In this document: in pieces, positions 1-11,846 of the stretch
How the letters are laid out: each line of letters begins with the position of its first letter
Numbering within the stretch: the stretch's first letter is position 1
Source of the DNA: Squalus acanthias
Lineage: Eukaryota
Length of the DNA stretch: 64,000 nt
NCBI GenBank assembly: GCA_030390025.1
Contig: CM059445.1
Location: forward strand, 35,774,001 to 35,838,000
Reading direction: 5' to 3'
Notes under the pieces: model-generated
What the model was told of the DNA's origin: nothing
The model's database searches: none
The model's input: the letters and a program-made list of their open reading frames with translations, nothing else
Made by a program: the position numbers and the translations under genes

Positions 1-717
1 CACCCTCGAAGGGCAAAAAGTAGGAGGTGTGACAAAATGCTGGTCATTTTTTTATTAAAGGCCGAGGTTCATGGTCCAACTTTTGTTTAGTGTTTTGGAC
101 ATTATCTCCAGGTTGTGAGAACCAGTTATGTTATTGACTGTTTTTTTGTGTTTATTTCTATGAGTTTGTCATGAGGAATTGACACACACAGAGTTTGTAA
201 AATAAATAAGTTTCTGTATTCAAAATATACATGGCTGGTGGTTGGAATTATTGGTGCCTTGGCCGGCTTAGGGGTTGCGTGCTGGGTTGATTAATGTTGG
301 TAGCAATGGCAGGGGCCCTAGAAGCGGCTTGCTATTAGCCGTTGACGGACGGCCCTTGCAGTTTGACCATTGTGGGCCGCCCTCCCGCCTTGGTGCTGCT
401 GATGATCATCGTCCTCGTCCTCTTCCTCCTCTTCCTCCTCCTCCTCTGGTGGTGCTCCAAGGCCTGGTGGCATTGGCTGGGTCCTGAGGATTGCCATGTT
501 ATGCAACATGCAGCACACGACTACGAAGTTCGATACTCGCTCAGGCGAGTACTGCAGGGCTCCTCCGGAATGGTCCAGACAGCGGAACCGTTGTTTCAGT
601 ACGCCGATTGTGCGCTCAATAATGTTCCTGGTTGCTTGATGGCTTTCATTGTACCGCAGCTCAGCAGGGGTGTTGGGCGTACGGAGCGGTGTCATCAGCC
701 AGGTGCTCAATGCATAC

Positions 718-939
718 GATAGCAAAATACTGCGGATGCTGGAAATCTGAAATAACAACAGAAAACGCTGGAAAAACTCAGCAGGCCAGGCAGCATCCGT
801 GGAGAGAGAAAGAGAGTTAACGTTTCAGGTCGAAGACCTTTCATCAGTTCTGATGAAAGGTCTTCGACCTGAAACGTTAACTCTCTTTCTCTCTCCACGG
901 ATGCTGCCTGGCCTGCTGAGTTTTTCCAGCGTTTTCTGT
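718..939. mobile_element. Hairpin (inverted pLTR) insertion of PLE family A
   Basis: 92-bp inverted arms (756-847 / 850-941) with a TT spacer. TSD TGCTCAATGCATAC at 704-717 and 940-953. Sequence matches the 3' end of the PLE at ~36200-36297. Confidence 0.9.
846..882 (+). ncRNA. Minimal type-I hammerhead ribozyme (family A)
   Basis: AGUU-CUGAUGA-A-AGGUC-UUC-GACCU-GAAA-CGUU-AACU: conserved core, stem II, stem I AGUU/AACU, palindromic ACGU helix III. Confidence 0.8.
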
Positions 940-2470
940 TGCTCAATGCATACCCCTTGTCCCCGAGAAGCCAACCAACTGGCTGATGCGGTGCCTCGAA
1001 AAGTTCTGCCACAGTAGTCTGGCGCAGGATAAAAGCATCGTGGCAGCTGCCAGGATAGTGGGCATTGACAGCGAGTATCAGCTGTCTGTGGTCACAGACC
1101 AACTGGACATTCAAGGAATGGAACCCCTTTCTGTTCCTGAATTCCTCGGCATTCTCACGCGGAGCACGCAAAGCCACATGCGTGCAGTCAATGGCGCCCT
1201 GCACCATGGGGAAGCCCGCTACCCTCGCAAATCCCAGAGCGCGGTCACGCTGCTTGTCTGGGGTCATGGGGAAAGAGATGAACTCTCATCTCCTTCTGAA
1301 GAGGGCATTTGTGACCTGCCGGATGCAGCAATGCACCGTGAACTGGGAGATATTGGCGAGGTTCCCAGCAGCAGCTTGGAATGAGCCAGTGGCGTAAAAG
1401 TTCAAAGCCACTGTGACCTTCACTGCCACCGACAGAGACGTCCTGGACCTCAGTTGAGGCTGCAGATCTGGCTGCAGCAGGTGGCAGAGCTCAGTGACCA
1501 CCTCCTTGCTGAATCGCAGCCTTCGCAAACACAGCTCCTCGGACATATGGATGTAGGAGAGCTGTTCACGATATACCCTGGGAGGGTAAGCTCTCCTGTA
1601 CATACGCCTGATGGCCCTCCTCCGTCTGGCCATCATTGCCACTCTCTCTCTGCGTCTCTGTATCCTCCGATTCAGCTGGAGCAGGACGACGCCCCCAATC
1701 AAAGTAATGCAAGCAAAGTAATGAGGGACAGCAACTAAAGTAGCAGCAAAGTTAGGATCAATAGGCAAAACTACCTCACAAAGCGTTGAGTCAATGTAGA
1801 AGTCTCTCTCTCTCTCTCTCCGAATCTCTCTCTCTCTCTCAGAACGAGTGGTGCATAAATGTCGACCACAGAAAAAGACAGGAAGAGGCCCCCTTTAAAT
1901 AGCGCCCCCCCCAGCCCCACAGCGATTGATAGCGTTCCAGTCTTCCGGTCGTTGGAAGCGCCAGGCGGTAAGGCAGGGGGCGCCACTCAATTTCCGCTCC
2001 GGGGCGCCACAAGGGCGTTGCACCATGGAATGACGTCACAATCTGCGCGCGCAGGTGGTCGCAGCGGTAAGTTTTAGCGCCGCTGCACAATCTCAAGTTA
2101 AGTTCTCGAGCGGCGCAAACATCGCTGCGCCCGGGCGTTAGCGGCTTTGCGCCCCATTAGCGCCCTCTTAAGGCGCTAACGGGAGGCGCAACCAACTGAA
2201 TTTTTACCCCTATGAATCCAGTATCTGACTACCTCTCCAATGACTCCAACCTCCACTACCCTACCCAGAAGACCTTTTCAAGTCTTACTCAAGCTTGGTG
2301 TGAAGAAGTGCTTCCTGATATCAGTCCTGAACATTCTTTTCACCAGTTTACGGAGATGCCTCTTGTCCTGCAGTTGAGGTTTAACTTGAAACATTGCTTC
2401 GGATGAACCTTTTCAGCTCTATTTATATCCGATAGACCTTTCTGATTTGCCTCCTTTCAAGGCTAAAAAG

Positions 2471-2920
2471 TCATAGATTCATATAAACTTACAGCACAGA
2501 AGGAGGCCATTCGGCCCCTGTGCTGGTGGCTCTTTGAAAGAGCAGTCGTGTTTAGTCCCACACCCCCACTTTTTGTCCATAACCCTGTAAGTTGCTCAAT
2601 CTCAAGAACCCATCCAACTCCCTTTCAAAATTATTTATGGAATCAGCTTCCACCATCTTTTCAGGTCGAGTGTTCCAGATCCCGACAACTCTCTGAGTGA
2701 AAACATTTCTCCTCATCTCCCCTCTAGATCTTTTTACAATGATTTTGAATCTATGATCTCTGGTTATTAACCCACTCGCCAGAGGGAATAGTTTTTCTTT
2801 ATCTACTCTATCAAAACCTCTCATCATCTTGAAAATCTCTATTAGGTCACCTCTTAACCTTCTCTGTTCCAAGGAGAACAGTCCTAACTTTTCCAACCTC
2901 TCCTCATAACTGAAGTTATT
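2471..2920 (-). mobile_element. CR1-like LINE 3' end
   Basis: ORF 2552-2896 LGLFSLEQRRLRGDLIE..FTQRVVGIWN, plus typical 3' UTR and short tandem tail. Confidence 0.9.
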
Positions 2921-5476
2921 CTAACCTTTCCTCATCACTCAGTCGTCTGACACTAGAGATGTACCCGTAACGTCCCATCTGCTCTCTTCACAGAGCAAGG
3001 AGAATCCAGTGAGCACCAGCTGCAGCCAAAGTACACAGCGTACTTGAGCACCAACTTCCACCCCCACCTAAAGCTGGGATCAGCACACAGACAGACTTTG
3101 GGAAATAGTCAGTGTTAATGAAAACGCATCAAGCTCTGGTGAGGAAGGGCTACGAACGACGGTTCTCAATGCAGGGCCAGCTGGTACAGAGCAGAATCCT
3201 GAGTGCCTCTAAGTTAGAAAGAAGTCGAAAGAATTTCCATTTATATAGCGTAAGTTGTATGATGTCACAGCTTCAGTAACTTTGCTTCCAAACAGAGGTA
3301 GCCTCACGTTAGATGCTCCTTCCACATGGTCCAGTGTGGAGGAGTCGGACACCCAGATATACACTGTCATCTCTCAATAAGTCATCTCATAGAACAATGA
3401 CCGCCTGTACTGCAGTATGCGATTGAGCACGTGGAAACACCAGTCACATCTGCAGTACACAGCTCAGTTACACAGCCTGTAAGCTCTGTCACGAACCATT
3501 CCCCAGGACATGTTATGTGAGACAGATGTCCAAATAGTTCTCCTTCATGTTTCAGAACTCCTACGCATCTAATTGAAGGACTTCCTCTGGCCCACACGTG
3601 AGATCCAGGGCCAAGCTGTGGGGTGCATTTTTAGCACAAAGAGTAACTGGATGAAGGGAGGGAGGGCTTCGGCTTATGGTGACCAATCACTGCGCACCCC
3701 GGGGGGGAAGGGAGGAGTTGGCCTCACAGCAGGACCACATCTTTGTCAAAGCCCCTTCACATGCAGACCTGTATTAAACTGTTGGTGATGAGCAAGCCTG
3801 GTAAATGGCGCTGACTTTGGGTGGCTAGAATATCAACGTGCCTGACATGACACAAGCAGCCCTGGGGAGGACCTTTCACCATGCTGAAGGCAGATGCCCA
3901 TCATACTGTGGATGAGGAAACTCTGAATTTTGGAACAATAATTTCCTAGATTTTTTTCCCTCAAACTGGCCTAAGATCTTTTTCTTTGGCTTCTCACAGG
4001 AGATTGCATGACTATTGAGGAAGTGGGGGGTGGGGGAGTCCAAGGTTGCAAGATGTCAAGGTGCCACAGGCTTGTACGTCTGTATGCTCCATGCCAGAAA
4101 TCGCAGCCCACTGAATTTACAAGAGATAAATGAAGAGATTAAGGGACACCGAGCTTAGGTTTAAACACCTGGACTTTGGAAGAAGAGAGGTAAGGAGTTC
4201 TACAGTTCTAAAGTCCTAGGAGAGCATAGGGGATGTTTTCCTCTTTGTAGCTTCTGGGGTACGTACAGTTCCCAGACAGCAAAGAGGAAACTGGGGGCGG
4301 AGACCCATTACATCAGATCTCTGCCTCACTATTTTGCCTTGGGATTTCCAGGGGTTCCTCCATGGGTGGTACTGGAACTATGCCTGCAGTAGACACTGGT
4401 CCAGCATATGAATGGTAGTAAGGCAATAACGGGTGTTGCCAGCCCTCCCACCTCACTTTCTTCCTCATCAGCTCATTGCATGCCCAAGCAGAGAAGCAGC
4501 CAAAGAAACTTGGCATTGGGGCTTGCGCCAGGACCCTCCATGTGAGGGGATTGCAAAGGGGCAGCCCAATGACCAAGGAGTCATAAAGGTGCAACTGGTT
4601 TGTAGTGCACTTTTAATGTATTGTTCACCCCTCCGCCCCCGCGCCCCCCCCCGGTTGATGTTTGGGCTCAGGCTTTCAGCAGCAGCCAGAAGGCCCTAAT
4701 GGCAGTGGCCAGGAGCATTGCTGCAGCCTCTCAGGCCCGCAGTTACGTTCATGTTTATCTCAGGGCAAGGCCCTGCCAAGATACCGACCTGCAAATGGCC
4801 TGGACCAGGAGAATCATGGACACCTCTCCCAATACAGGGCAGCATATCTCAGGTGCTCTGTATCTGCCAGGGTTCCAGAGAGATAATACGAGGATTTTTG
4901 ATTTCAACACAGTGAGGGATGGAATTGATGGATAGTCTCTGATTGCAGAGAGGGCATTGATTGGGACGAAGCTTTAATCTATCATTGGATGCAGAGATCT
5001 TTTCAAATATTTGCTCATGAATTCTCTCAGGAGACCACAAACGATGATGTAAAATCCAATTTCACTGATGGGCAAATATTAAGAGAAACAGTCTCTTCCG
5101 AAGGTGATTGTTTTTGTGGTTGCTGGAGATTCCTTGTCATTTAGCAAAATCCATACACCCTGTAAGCAACCATTTAATTATCGCCAGTGCTTTCCACACA
5201 CATTACAATCACAGAGCTGACAAATATGATGCGGTGTCATTTTCACACTGAATATTATATGTGATGACAGTTAAGTGGCATTGGGACAGCCCTGATAGAT
5301 CATATCCAGTGAGTGGAAGCTGGTGAAATATGATGACCTTTATCAATTGAATATCTACCAGTCTCTGTACAATATCAGGTCATCGTTTCCAAGACTATAG
5401 GCCTTCTGGTGGCACCAACATAACGCTTAACCCACTATAAATATGATTAATGTTTTGGGCAAGAGAAGACCCTGGT

Positions 5477-5937
5477 GTCAGACTTGTGTCAGTGGTAGCA
5501 CTCTCGTCTCTGCGACAGAAGGTCGAGGATCAAGCCCAAATCCTGAGACTTAAGCACATAATGTAGGCTAACACTTCAGTCTAGTGCTGAGGGAGTGCTG
5601 CACTGTCAGAGATGCTGTCTCAGATGAGATGTTAAACAGAGGACCTGCCTACTCTCTCAGGTGGACGTAAAAAATCCCATGGCAGTATTTCGAAGAAGAG
5701 CAGGGGAGTTATCCTGGTCTCCTGGCCAACACTTATCTCTCAACCAACATTACTAAAAAAAAAGATTATCCGGTCATTTATCTCATTACTGTTGGTGGGA
5801 CCTTTCCATGTGTAAATTGGCTGCCCCGTTTCCCTAAATTACAACAGTGACAATACTTCAAAAGTACTTCATTTGCTGTGACGCACTCTGAGATGTCCTG
5901 AGGTCATGAAAGGCGCTATATAAGTGCAAGTCCTTTC
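5477..5937 (+). mobile_element. Deu-domain tRNA-derived SINE (SacSINE1-like)
   Basis: tRNA-like head, GATGAGATGTTAAAC..GTGGACGTAAAAAATCCCATGGCA central domain, tail AAAGGCGCTATATAAGTGCAAGT. Confidence 0.85.
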
Positions 5938-6012
5938 CGTACCCTTCCAAAACACCCATCAAGTTGCCGTAGTTTTCTTTTAACCAAACTGGAGCAACTT
6001 ATAAAAAGCAAT

Positions 6013-6494
6013 AAGGTTTACTAGACTAATACCTGGAATGGGCGGGTTGTCTTATGAGGAAAGGTTGGACAGGCTAGGCTTGTATCCGCTGGAGTTTAGA
6101 AGAGTAAGAGGTGACTTGATTGAAACATATAAGATCCTGAGGGGCCTGGACAGGGTGGATGTGGAGAGGATGTTTCCTCTTGTGGGAGAATCTAGAACTA
6201 GGGGTCACTGTTTAAAAAATAAGGGGTCGCCCATTTAAGACAGAGATGAGGAGAATTTTTTTCTCACAGAGGGTCGTGAGTCTTTGGAACTCTCTTCCTC
6301 AGAGGGCGGTGGAAGCAGAGTCTTTGAATATTTTTAAGGCAGAGGTAGATAGATTCTTGATAAGCAAGGTGGTGAAAGGTTATCGGGGGTAGGCGGGAAT
6401 GTGGAGTAATCAGATCAGCCATGATCTTATTGAATGACGGAGCAGGCTCGAAGAGCCGAGTGGCCTACTCCTGCTCCTAATTTGTATGTTCGTA
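6013..6494 (+). mobile_element. CR1-like LINE 3' end
   Basis: GLSYEERLDRLGLYPLEFRRVRGDLIETYKIL followed by the 3' UTR. Confidence 0.9.
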
Positions 6495-6739
6495 ATAAAT
6501 CTTTCGCCTTTCTTTCATTGCCTCCCGGAGCTCTAGGAAATATCTGCAGCCTTTCTCCCCACCCTCCCCTTGTACCCACATGCTTTCATCCCCCGTTGGA
6601 CAGGCAGTGGAAGTGTTTTTCCGATGCTCTGAGCTCTATTCTCTGGATCTACAAGAAGTTGGGTTCCTGCTGCTTTTGGGACGGGGGAGGTCAGGCTGTG
6701 CCACTTAAGTTGGGAGCAACATGAGTTGATTTATGTTTT

Positions 6740-7013
6740 TGCCATCCCCATTTGCAACCTTTAACCACTCCTGCCTCCTACCTTAGCACAGAATGTTCCT
6801 TCAGTTCCTCCCCTCCCCCAACCCCCTCCCTCCCTGCCTCCGCCCCTGCTTAAAATCTGTTACATCTCCAGCCTTCTCCAGTTCTGATGAAGGGTCCCAG
6901 ACCTGAAACGTTAACTCTGTTTCTCTCTCCACGGATGCTGCCTGGCCTGCTGAGTGTTTCCAGCATTTTCTGTCGTTATTTCAGATTTCCAGCATCCGCA
7001 GTATTTTGCTATT
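6740..7013 (+). mobile_element. Solo PLE pLTR (family A) including 3' tail
   Basis: Similar to 36060-36297 and to the hairpin arms; ends GCAGTATTTTGCTATT. Confidence 0.8.
6880..6916 (+). ncRNA. Minimal hammerhead ribozyme (family A)
   Basis: AGUU-CUGAUGA-A-GGGUC-CCA-GACCU-GAAA-CGUU-AACU. Confidence 0.78.
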
Positions 7014-7547
7014 GAATGAGCTTATCATAGTTCGCAGTGGACCAAATGTCTTCTGAATTACTCTCAGACATTATTTTACCTTTCCCCTTTGGGTCTGTGC
7101 TTAACAGCAGTTAAGGGTGAAATAGGAAACAGAAATAGATTTTAATGACTAGTCTTTAACTGCTGCCCACACAGGAACTAACAAGCTGATTCAGAAAAAT
7201 ATCAGCTAGGAAATGACTGTCAGTGCTCCCCAGTCAATAGTTTGTCCAAAGAATGATTTTATTTTTGCTTCAACACCTTTGAAGAGGGGAATGAAAAACA
7301 TTCTTTATCCAGTTGTAAATGCGGGGCCAGTGCATGGTCAGTGAATGAAGCACAGATTCGGATGAGGTGCTGGAAGGCTGCCAGCGTGGGCAGGGGGGGG
7401 GGGGGCGTTCGAGGGCAGTCAGGAAATGCCTGGAGAAACTGGAGGGCAAACATTAAAAAAAAGCAAACCAAAAAAAAGTAGATGTCATCCCTCATTCTCT
7501 GTAACGTTGCCCAATCTCAAAATATTTAATTAAAGATTATAGCCTCG

Positions 7548-8085
7548 GAATCACAGAATCCCCACAGTGCAGATAGAGGCCATTTCGGCCCATCGAGCCT
7601 GCACCGACACATATCCCACCCTATCCCCGTAACCCCACGTATTTAATCCCCCTAACACTAAGGGTCATAGAAACATAGAATCTAGGAGCAGGAGTAGGCC
7701 ATTCGGCCCGTCGAGCCTGCTCCGCCATTCAACACGATCATGGCTGATCATCCAAATCCAGTACCCTGTCCCTGCTTTAATCCCCACAGTACACATATCC
7801 CACCCTACCCCCGTAACCCCACGTATTTAATTCCCCCTAACATATCCCATCCTATCCCCATAACCCCACATATTTAATCCCCCCTAACACTAAGGGTCAA
7901 TTTATCATAGCCAAATCAACCTAACCCGCACATCTTTGGACTGTGGGAGGAAGCCGGAGCACCCGGAGGAAACCCACGCAGACACGGGGAGAATGTGCAA
8001 ACTCCACACAGACAGTCACCCGAGGCCGGATTCGAACCCGGGCCCCTGGCACTGTGAGGTAACAGTGCTAACCACTATGCCACCG
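7548..8085 (-). mobile_element. HE1/V-type tRNA-derived SINE with duplicated tail and embedded CR1 end
   Basis: tRNA-like head on the minus strand at ~8020-8085, V-domain GGAGCACCCGGAGGAAACCCACGCAGACACGGGGAGAA, and a tail duplicated around a CR1 3' piece at ~7666-7776. Confidence 0.85.
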
Positions 8086-8339
8086 AATGACGGTGGGTGA
8101 TATCAGCAAACACTGAAATGAAGAAAGACTTGTATTTATATCGCGTCTTTCACAACCTCAGGACGTCCCTAAGCGCTTTACGGCTAATGAGGTACTTTCT
8201 GACGTGTAGTCAATTGTAATGTACAAACCGCGGTCGCCAATTTGCGAGCTCCCACAAACAGCAAGGTGATAATGTCCAGATAATCGGTTTTAGTGGTGTT
8301 AGTTGAAGGATAAATGTTGGCCTGCCTCTGTGTCTGTCA

Positions 8340-8530
8340 GTTGTGGGGAAAGGGCAACCAGCATTCCCATTCCTGACTAATATCGAGTGACCTCCCCGCT
8401 GGAAACAGCGTCTGTGAGGACGGGATCGGGTGCAGTTGTAATGGTGGAATGGCCTGCCGACACTCAATGTCGAGGATGACTGATGAAGACTTGGTCGAGT
8501 TACCTTCAAGCACCAGAACCTTCAAGAAAG
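8340..8530 (+). mobile_element. LF-SINE-like fragment
   Basis: GAGGACGGGATCGGG..GAATGGCCTGCCGACACTCAATGTC resembles the copy at 19470-19845. Confidence 0.55.
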
Positions 8531-9232
8531 AAGCGGAAAACTTAGAAAGAACCGAAAAAATGACAGATATAAATGGGTGGGGGGAGACGGACAGAAAGTT
8601 CGAGGATCTAGAAAGGTTGAATTTTGAAATAATCTCAGATCCAATCAATGTCCAATCCAAAGGAATTATTTCTTTTCCGGCCATCGTTTATCTGAGGTTT
8701 CCACGGTTCAAATTAGATTGAAATTCTCAAACAGCCAGAAGCTGCCCTGGATACTGAGCAAACAAACTTTCTTTTTCTGATCTCAACACAGTGAGTGACA
8801 GGGCAGGAGGTGGTGGTCACTGGTCACTGCAAGACCCCAGTGTAGCACATGGTAACTCACCGAGAGACTCCACTCCCCTCCTGTGCAGCATCCCCATCTC
8901 CCCAGTCTTTTCCTGTCTTTCTAACCAAGAAAGCTTGCAGGCTTCCTGCTCTCAAACAATGTGCCCAGTGTCACTCCCACATCTGGCTTCCTCTTGAGTT
9001 ACTTCTTGTACCTTCTCTTCCCCTCCCCCAAATGTGAAGCCTCCTTCCTCTTCATGTACTAGACATGCTGATGCAGGATAAAATCCGCTACACTTCTGTT
9101 TCTCTGGGGGGAAAAGTATATTCTGGCTCCACAGTTTGGAACATTCTACCTGCGCCCCTCTGCCTTGTTACTTCTCTCCCTTCCTTTTCGATTCTCTCTT
9201 AAGCCACCTCCCTTAATCACTTTTCCTCCATT

Positions 9233-9537
9233 TCACAGAATCCCCACAGTGCAGATAGAGGCCATTTCGGCCCATCGAGCCTGCACCGACACATATCCCA
9301 CCCTATCCCCGTAACCCCACGTATTTAAACCCCCTAACCCTAAGGGTCAATTTATCATAGCCAAATCAACCTAACCCGCACATCTTTGGGCTGTGGGAGG
9401 AAACCGGAGCACCCGAAGGAAACCCACGCAGACACGGGGAGAATGTGCAAACTCCACACAGACAGTCACCCGAGGCCGGATTCGAATGCGGGCCCCTGGC
9501 GCTGTGAGGCAACAGTGCTAACCACTATGCCACCGTG
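9233..9537 (-). mobile_element. HE1/V-type SINE inserted in an L2-like 3' end
   Basis: Near-identical to the SINE at 7548-8085; flanks resemble the L2 tail. Confidence 0.88.
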
Positions 9538-9660
9538 TTACCTTCTCTGGTTACCTTCCGACTTTGTGAAGTACCTTGGTACATGTTATTATGTTAAACG
9601 CACCATATAAGTGTATGTTTTTGTTGTTACCTTAATTAGAGAGAGGAAGAGAGAGAGAGA

Positions 9661-10107
9661 ACTTGCATTTATATAGCACCTTTCATAACCTCAGGACATC
9701 CCAAAGCACTTCATAGCCAATGAAGTACTTTTGAAGCGTAGTCACTATTGTAATGTGGCAGCCAATTTTCCCAGAGCAAGTTCCCAGAAACAGCAATGAG
9801 AGACATGGCCAGATAATCTGCTTTGATGGTGTTGAATGAAGGATAAATGTTGGCCAGGACACCGGGAGAACTGCTCTGCTCCTCTTTGAATAGTGCCATG
9901 GGATCTTTTACGTCCACCTGAGAGGGCAGGTGGGACCTCAGGTTAACATCTCATCTGACAAATGGCACCTGTGACAGTGCAAGATGCTCTCTGTACTGTA
10001 CTGGAGTGTCAACCCAGATTATGTGCTCAAGTCCTGGAGTTGGGGCTTCAGACCATGACCTTCTGATTTAGAGGCGAGAGTACTACCGACTGACCCAAGG
10101 CTAACAC
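9661..10107 (-). mobile_element. Deu-domain SINE
   Basis: Reverse complement of the family seen at 43686-44145. Confidence 0.85.
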
Positions 10108-10581
10108 AAAGGGGTGGTGCAGACTCAGTTCTACAGCAGGCTCCTCTAAGCAGCACTATATTGGCTGCTGAATTAATATTAACAATGAGCTTGGTATATG
10201 GTGAACTTTACATACAGATACATTGGGGTGTTGCTGTCATTGTTTTTAGGCTCTCCAATGGTTCAATTGGTAACTGCACCACCTGGTGTTGTGCTGAGCT
10301 ATACAGACCTGGACAGTCTGGTGATCTCAGACAGGACTATGGCATGCATGCTGGCCTGAGCACCTGTGGGCTAAAGAGAGGACATTCAAAATTAGGAATT
10401 GTACCTGATAGCGCTTGAGCTCTGACATAAGAAAACTACTAGGCACTTGGTCTAAGCGTTAAACAAAGCTTTAATCAACTGTTTTACAACATGGAGATCT
10501 AGTTGTGTCCTTCACTAGTTCCTGTTGAGGAATGTCCTGCGCAAGCTGGGCCCATGCCCGAGTATTTATACTCTCCCTGGA

Positions 10582-10600
10582 CAGCGCCACCTGCAGGCCA
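10582..10600 (-). promoter_or_regulatory. CTCF-like motif
   Basis: CAGCGCCACCTGCAGGCCA; the reverse complement matches the CTCF core consensus. Confidence 0.5.
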
Positions 10601-11713
10601 CTCAGTATTAATGACATAAGTCTTTCTTTCATGAATGACAGATTCATGTCAGGCTCATTATATAGGCTGACACGTTAATGCAGTACTGAGGGAGCCATCC
10701 TTCGGATGAGATGGTAAGCTGAGCCTGTTCCATTGGTTCAGGTAAGTGTTGAAAATTTCAAGGTACTAATCCGAGAAAAGCAGGGGCTTCTCCTAGTCGT
10801 GGAAATCTGGAATTCTCTTCCCCAAAATGATGCTGAGTTAATGAACATTGTCAAGACTGAGACCGATAGATTGTTGTTATGTCAAAGGAGGGTAAATGAA
10901 GTTAAAGTACAGGTCCGCCATGATCTAACTGAATGGCGGAGCAGGCTCGAGTGGCAGAATGGCCGACTCCTGTTCCCAAGTCTGGGAGACATTCCCGTTC
11001 AACCAAACACCCAGAAGCAAATTAATTAATCTCCGTGCTCTTTGTGGGACATGGCTGGTGCCGAAAGGCTTGTCTAGAAAATAATACTCACTGTACTCCA
11101 AAGAATGACGCATTGTGTGAAGTGCATTGAGATATTTCACTGATGTGATAAGGCACTTATATACATTCAAATATCAGGGACTCAGCTGGAAATGGTAGCC
11201 CCAGTCTCAGCTGCAGCCCTCTGAGCTAAACAGGATGGCATAGACTCCCAAGGTCAAGACCCACCTAAGAAATGGTCGCAAATCTCTGTTTTCAAATAAC
11301 CGCACGTAGGTGTTGCTTTTCTGTTGTCATGGTGCTACGGCACCCACCCTAGTGCTCACAGGGACAGACTCCACAGCTCCAGGAACTTCATCCAATAAAG
11401 TACATAAGTACGACACAAGATCACTGCATAAGATCTTCTGTAACTATGATCAAGATTCCCAGAGTCTGTCCACTTTCCACAATTAAGTTTCGAAGGTATA
11501 GTATAAGCACCTATAAAGAACGGCCTGTAGCTCCCACAGGTTATAGTCAACATTTATCTATGTTCAGCTGGGTAATTTTTTTAAATGGAACATCATTTTT
11601 AGAAGCAGTAAAAAAGGTTATAAAGTTCAACCAGCCCGTCCCATTTTGATCTCAACCCCATCTACCCATCTTCTCGCCAAATGCCTTAATCCCTTCTCTC
11701 TCCTGAAACACAT

Positions 11714-11846
11714 CCAATTGCCTCTTGAACTCTTTCCCACCATTCACTCCAATGGCTTTCCCTGTTAACCCATTGCACCAATTGCCTCTTGAACTCTTTC
11801 CCACCATTCACTCCAATGGCTTTCCCTGTTAACCCATTGCACCAAT
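11714..11846. repeat. Perfect 64-bp tandem duplication within an old LINE relic
   Basis: CCAATTGCCTCTTGAAC..CCCATTGCA starts at 11714 and again at 11778. Confidence 0.9.

Larger units (their letters stand above)
318..1768 (-). pseudogene. Harbinger (HARBI1-like, DDE_Tnp_4) transposase, disrupted
   Basis: Three ORF pieces join into ~405 codons: LRFSKEVVTELC..AVKVTVALNFYATGSFQ, GAIDCTHV, NRKGFHSLNVQLVCD, PGSCHDAFIL, LLGDKGY, IERTIGVLKQRFRCL. There is an in-frame TGA at 1286-1288 and a 222-bp insertion plus 14-bp TSD just after GDKG. Confidence 0.93.
1..2210 (-). mobile_element. PIF/Harbinger DNA transposon (formerly autonomous); other end lies outside the window
   Basis: Carries a Harbinger transposase. 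The terminus at 2210 reads GGGGTAAAAATTCAGTTGG on the minus strand, with a GC/CpG-rich subterminal region containing TTAGCGCC repeats shared with the MITEs at 15968 and 62926. Confidence 0.85.

Noticed and set aside
815-851. Second complete hammerhead on the minus arm of the first hairpin
   Set aside because: The core is present, but the 5' strand of stem I reads AGAA instead of AGUU, so stem I cannot form in cis.
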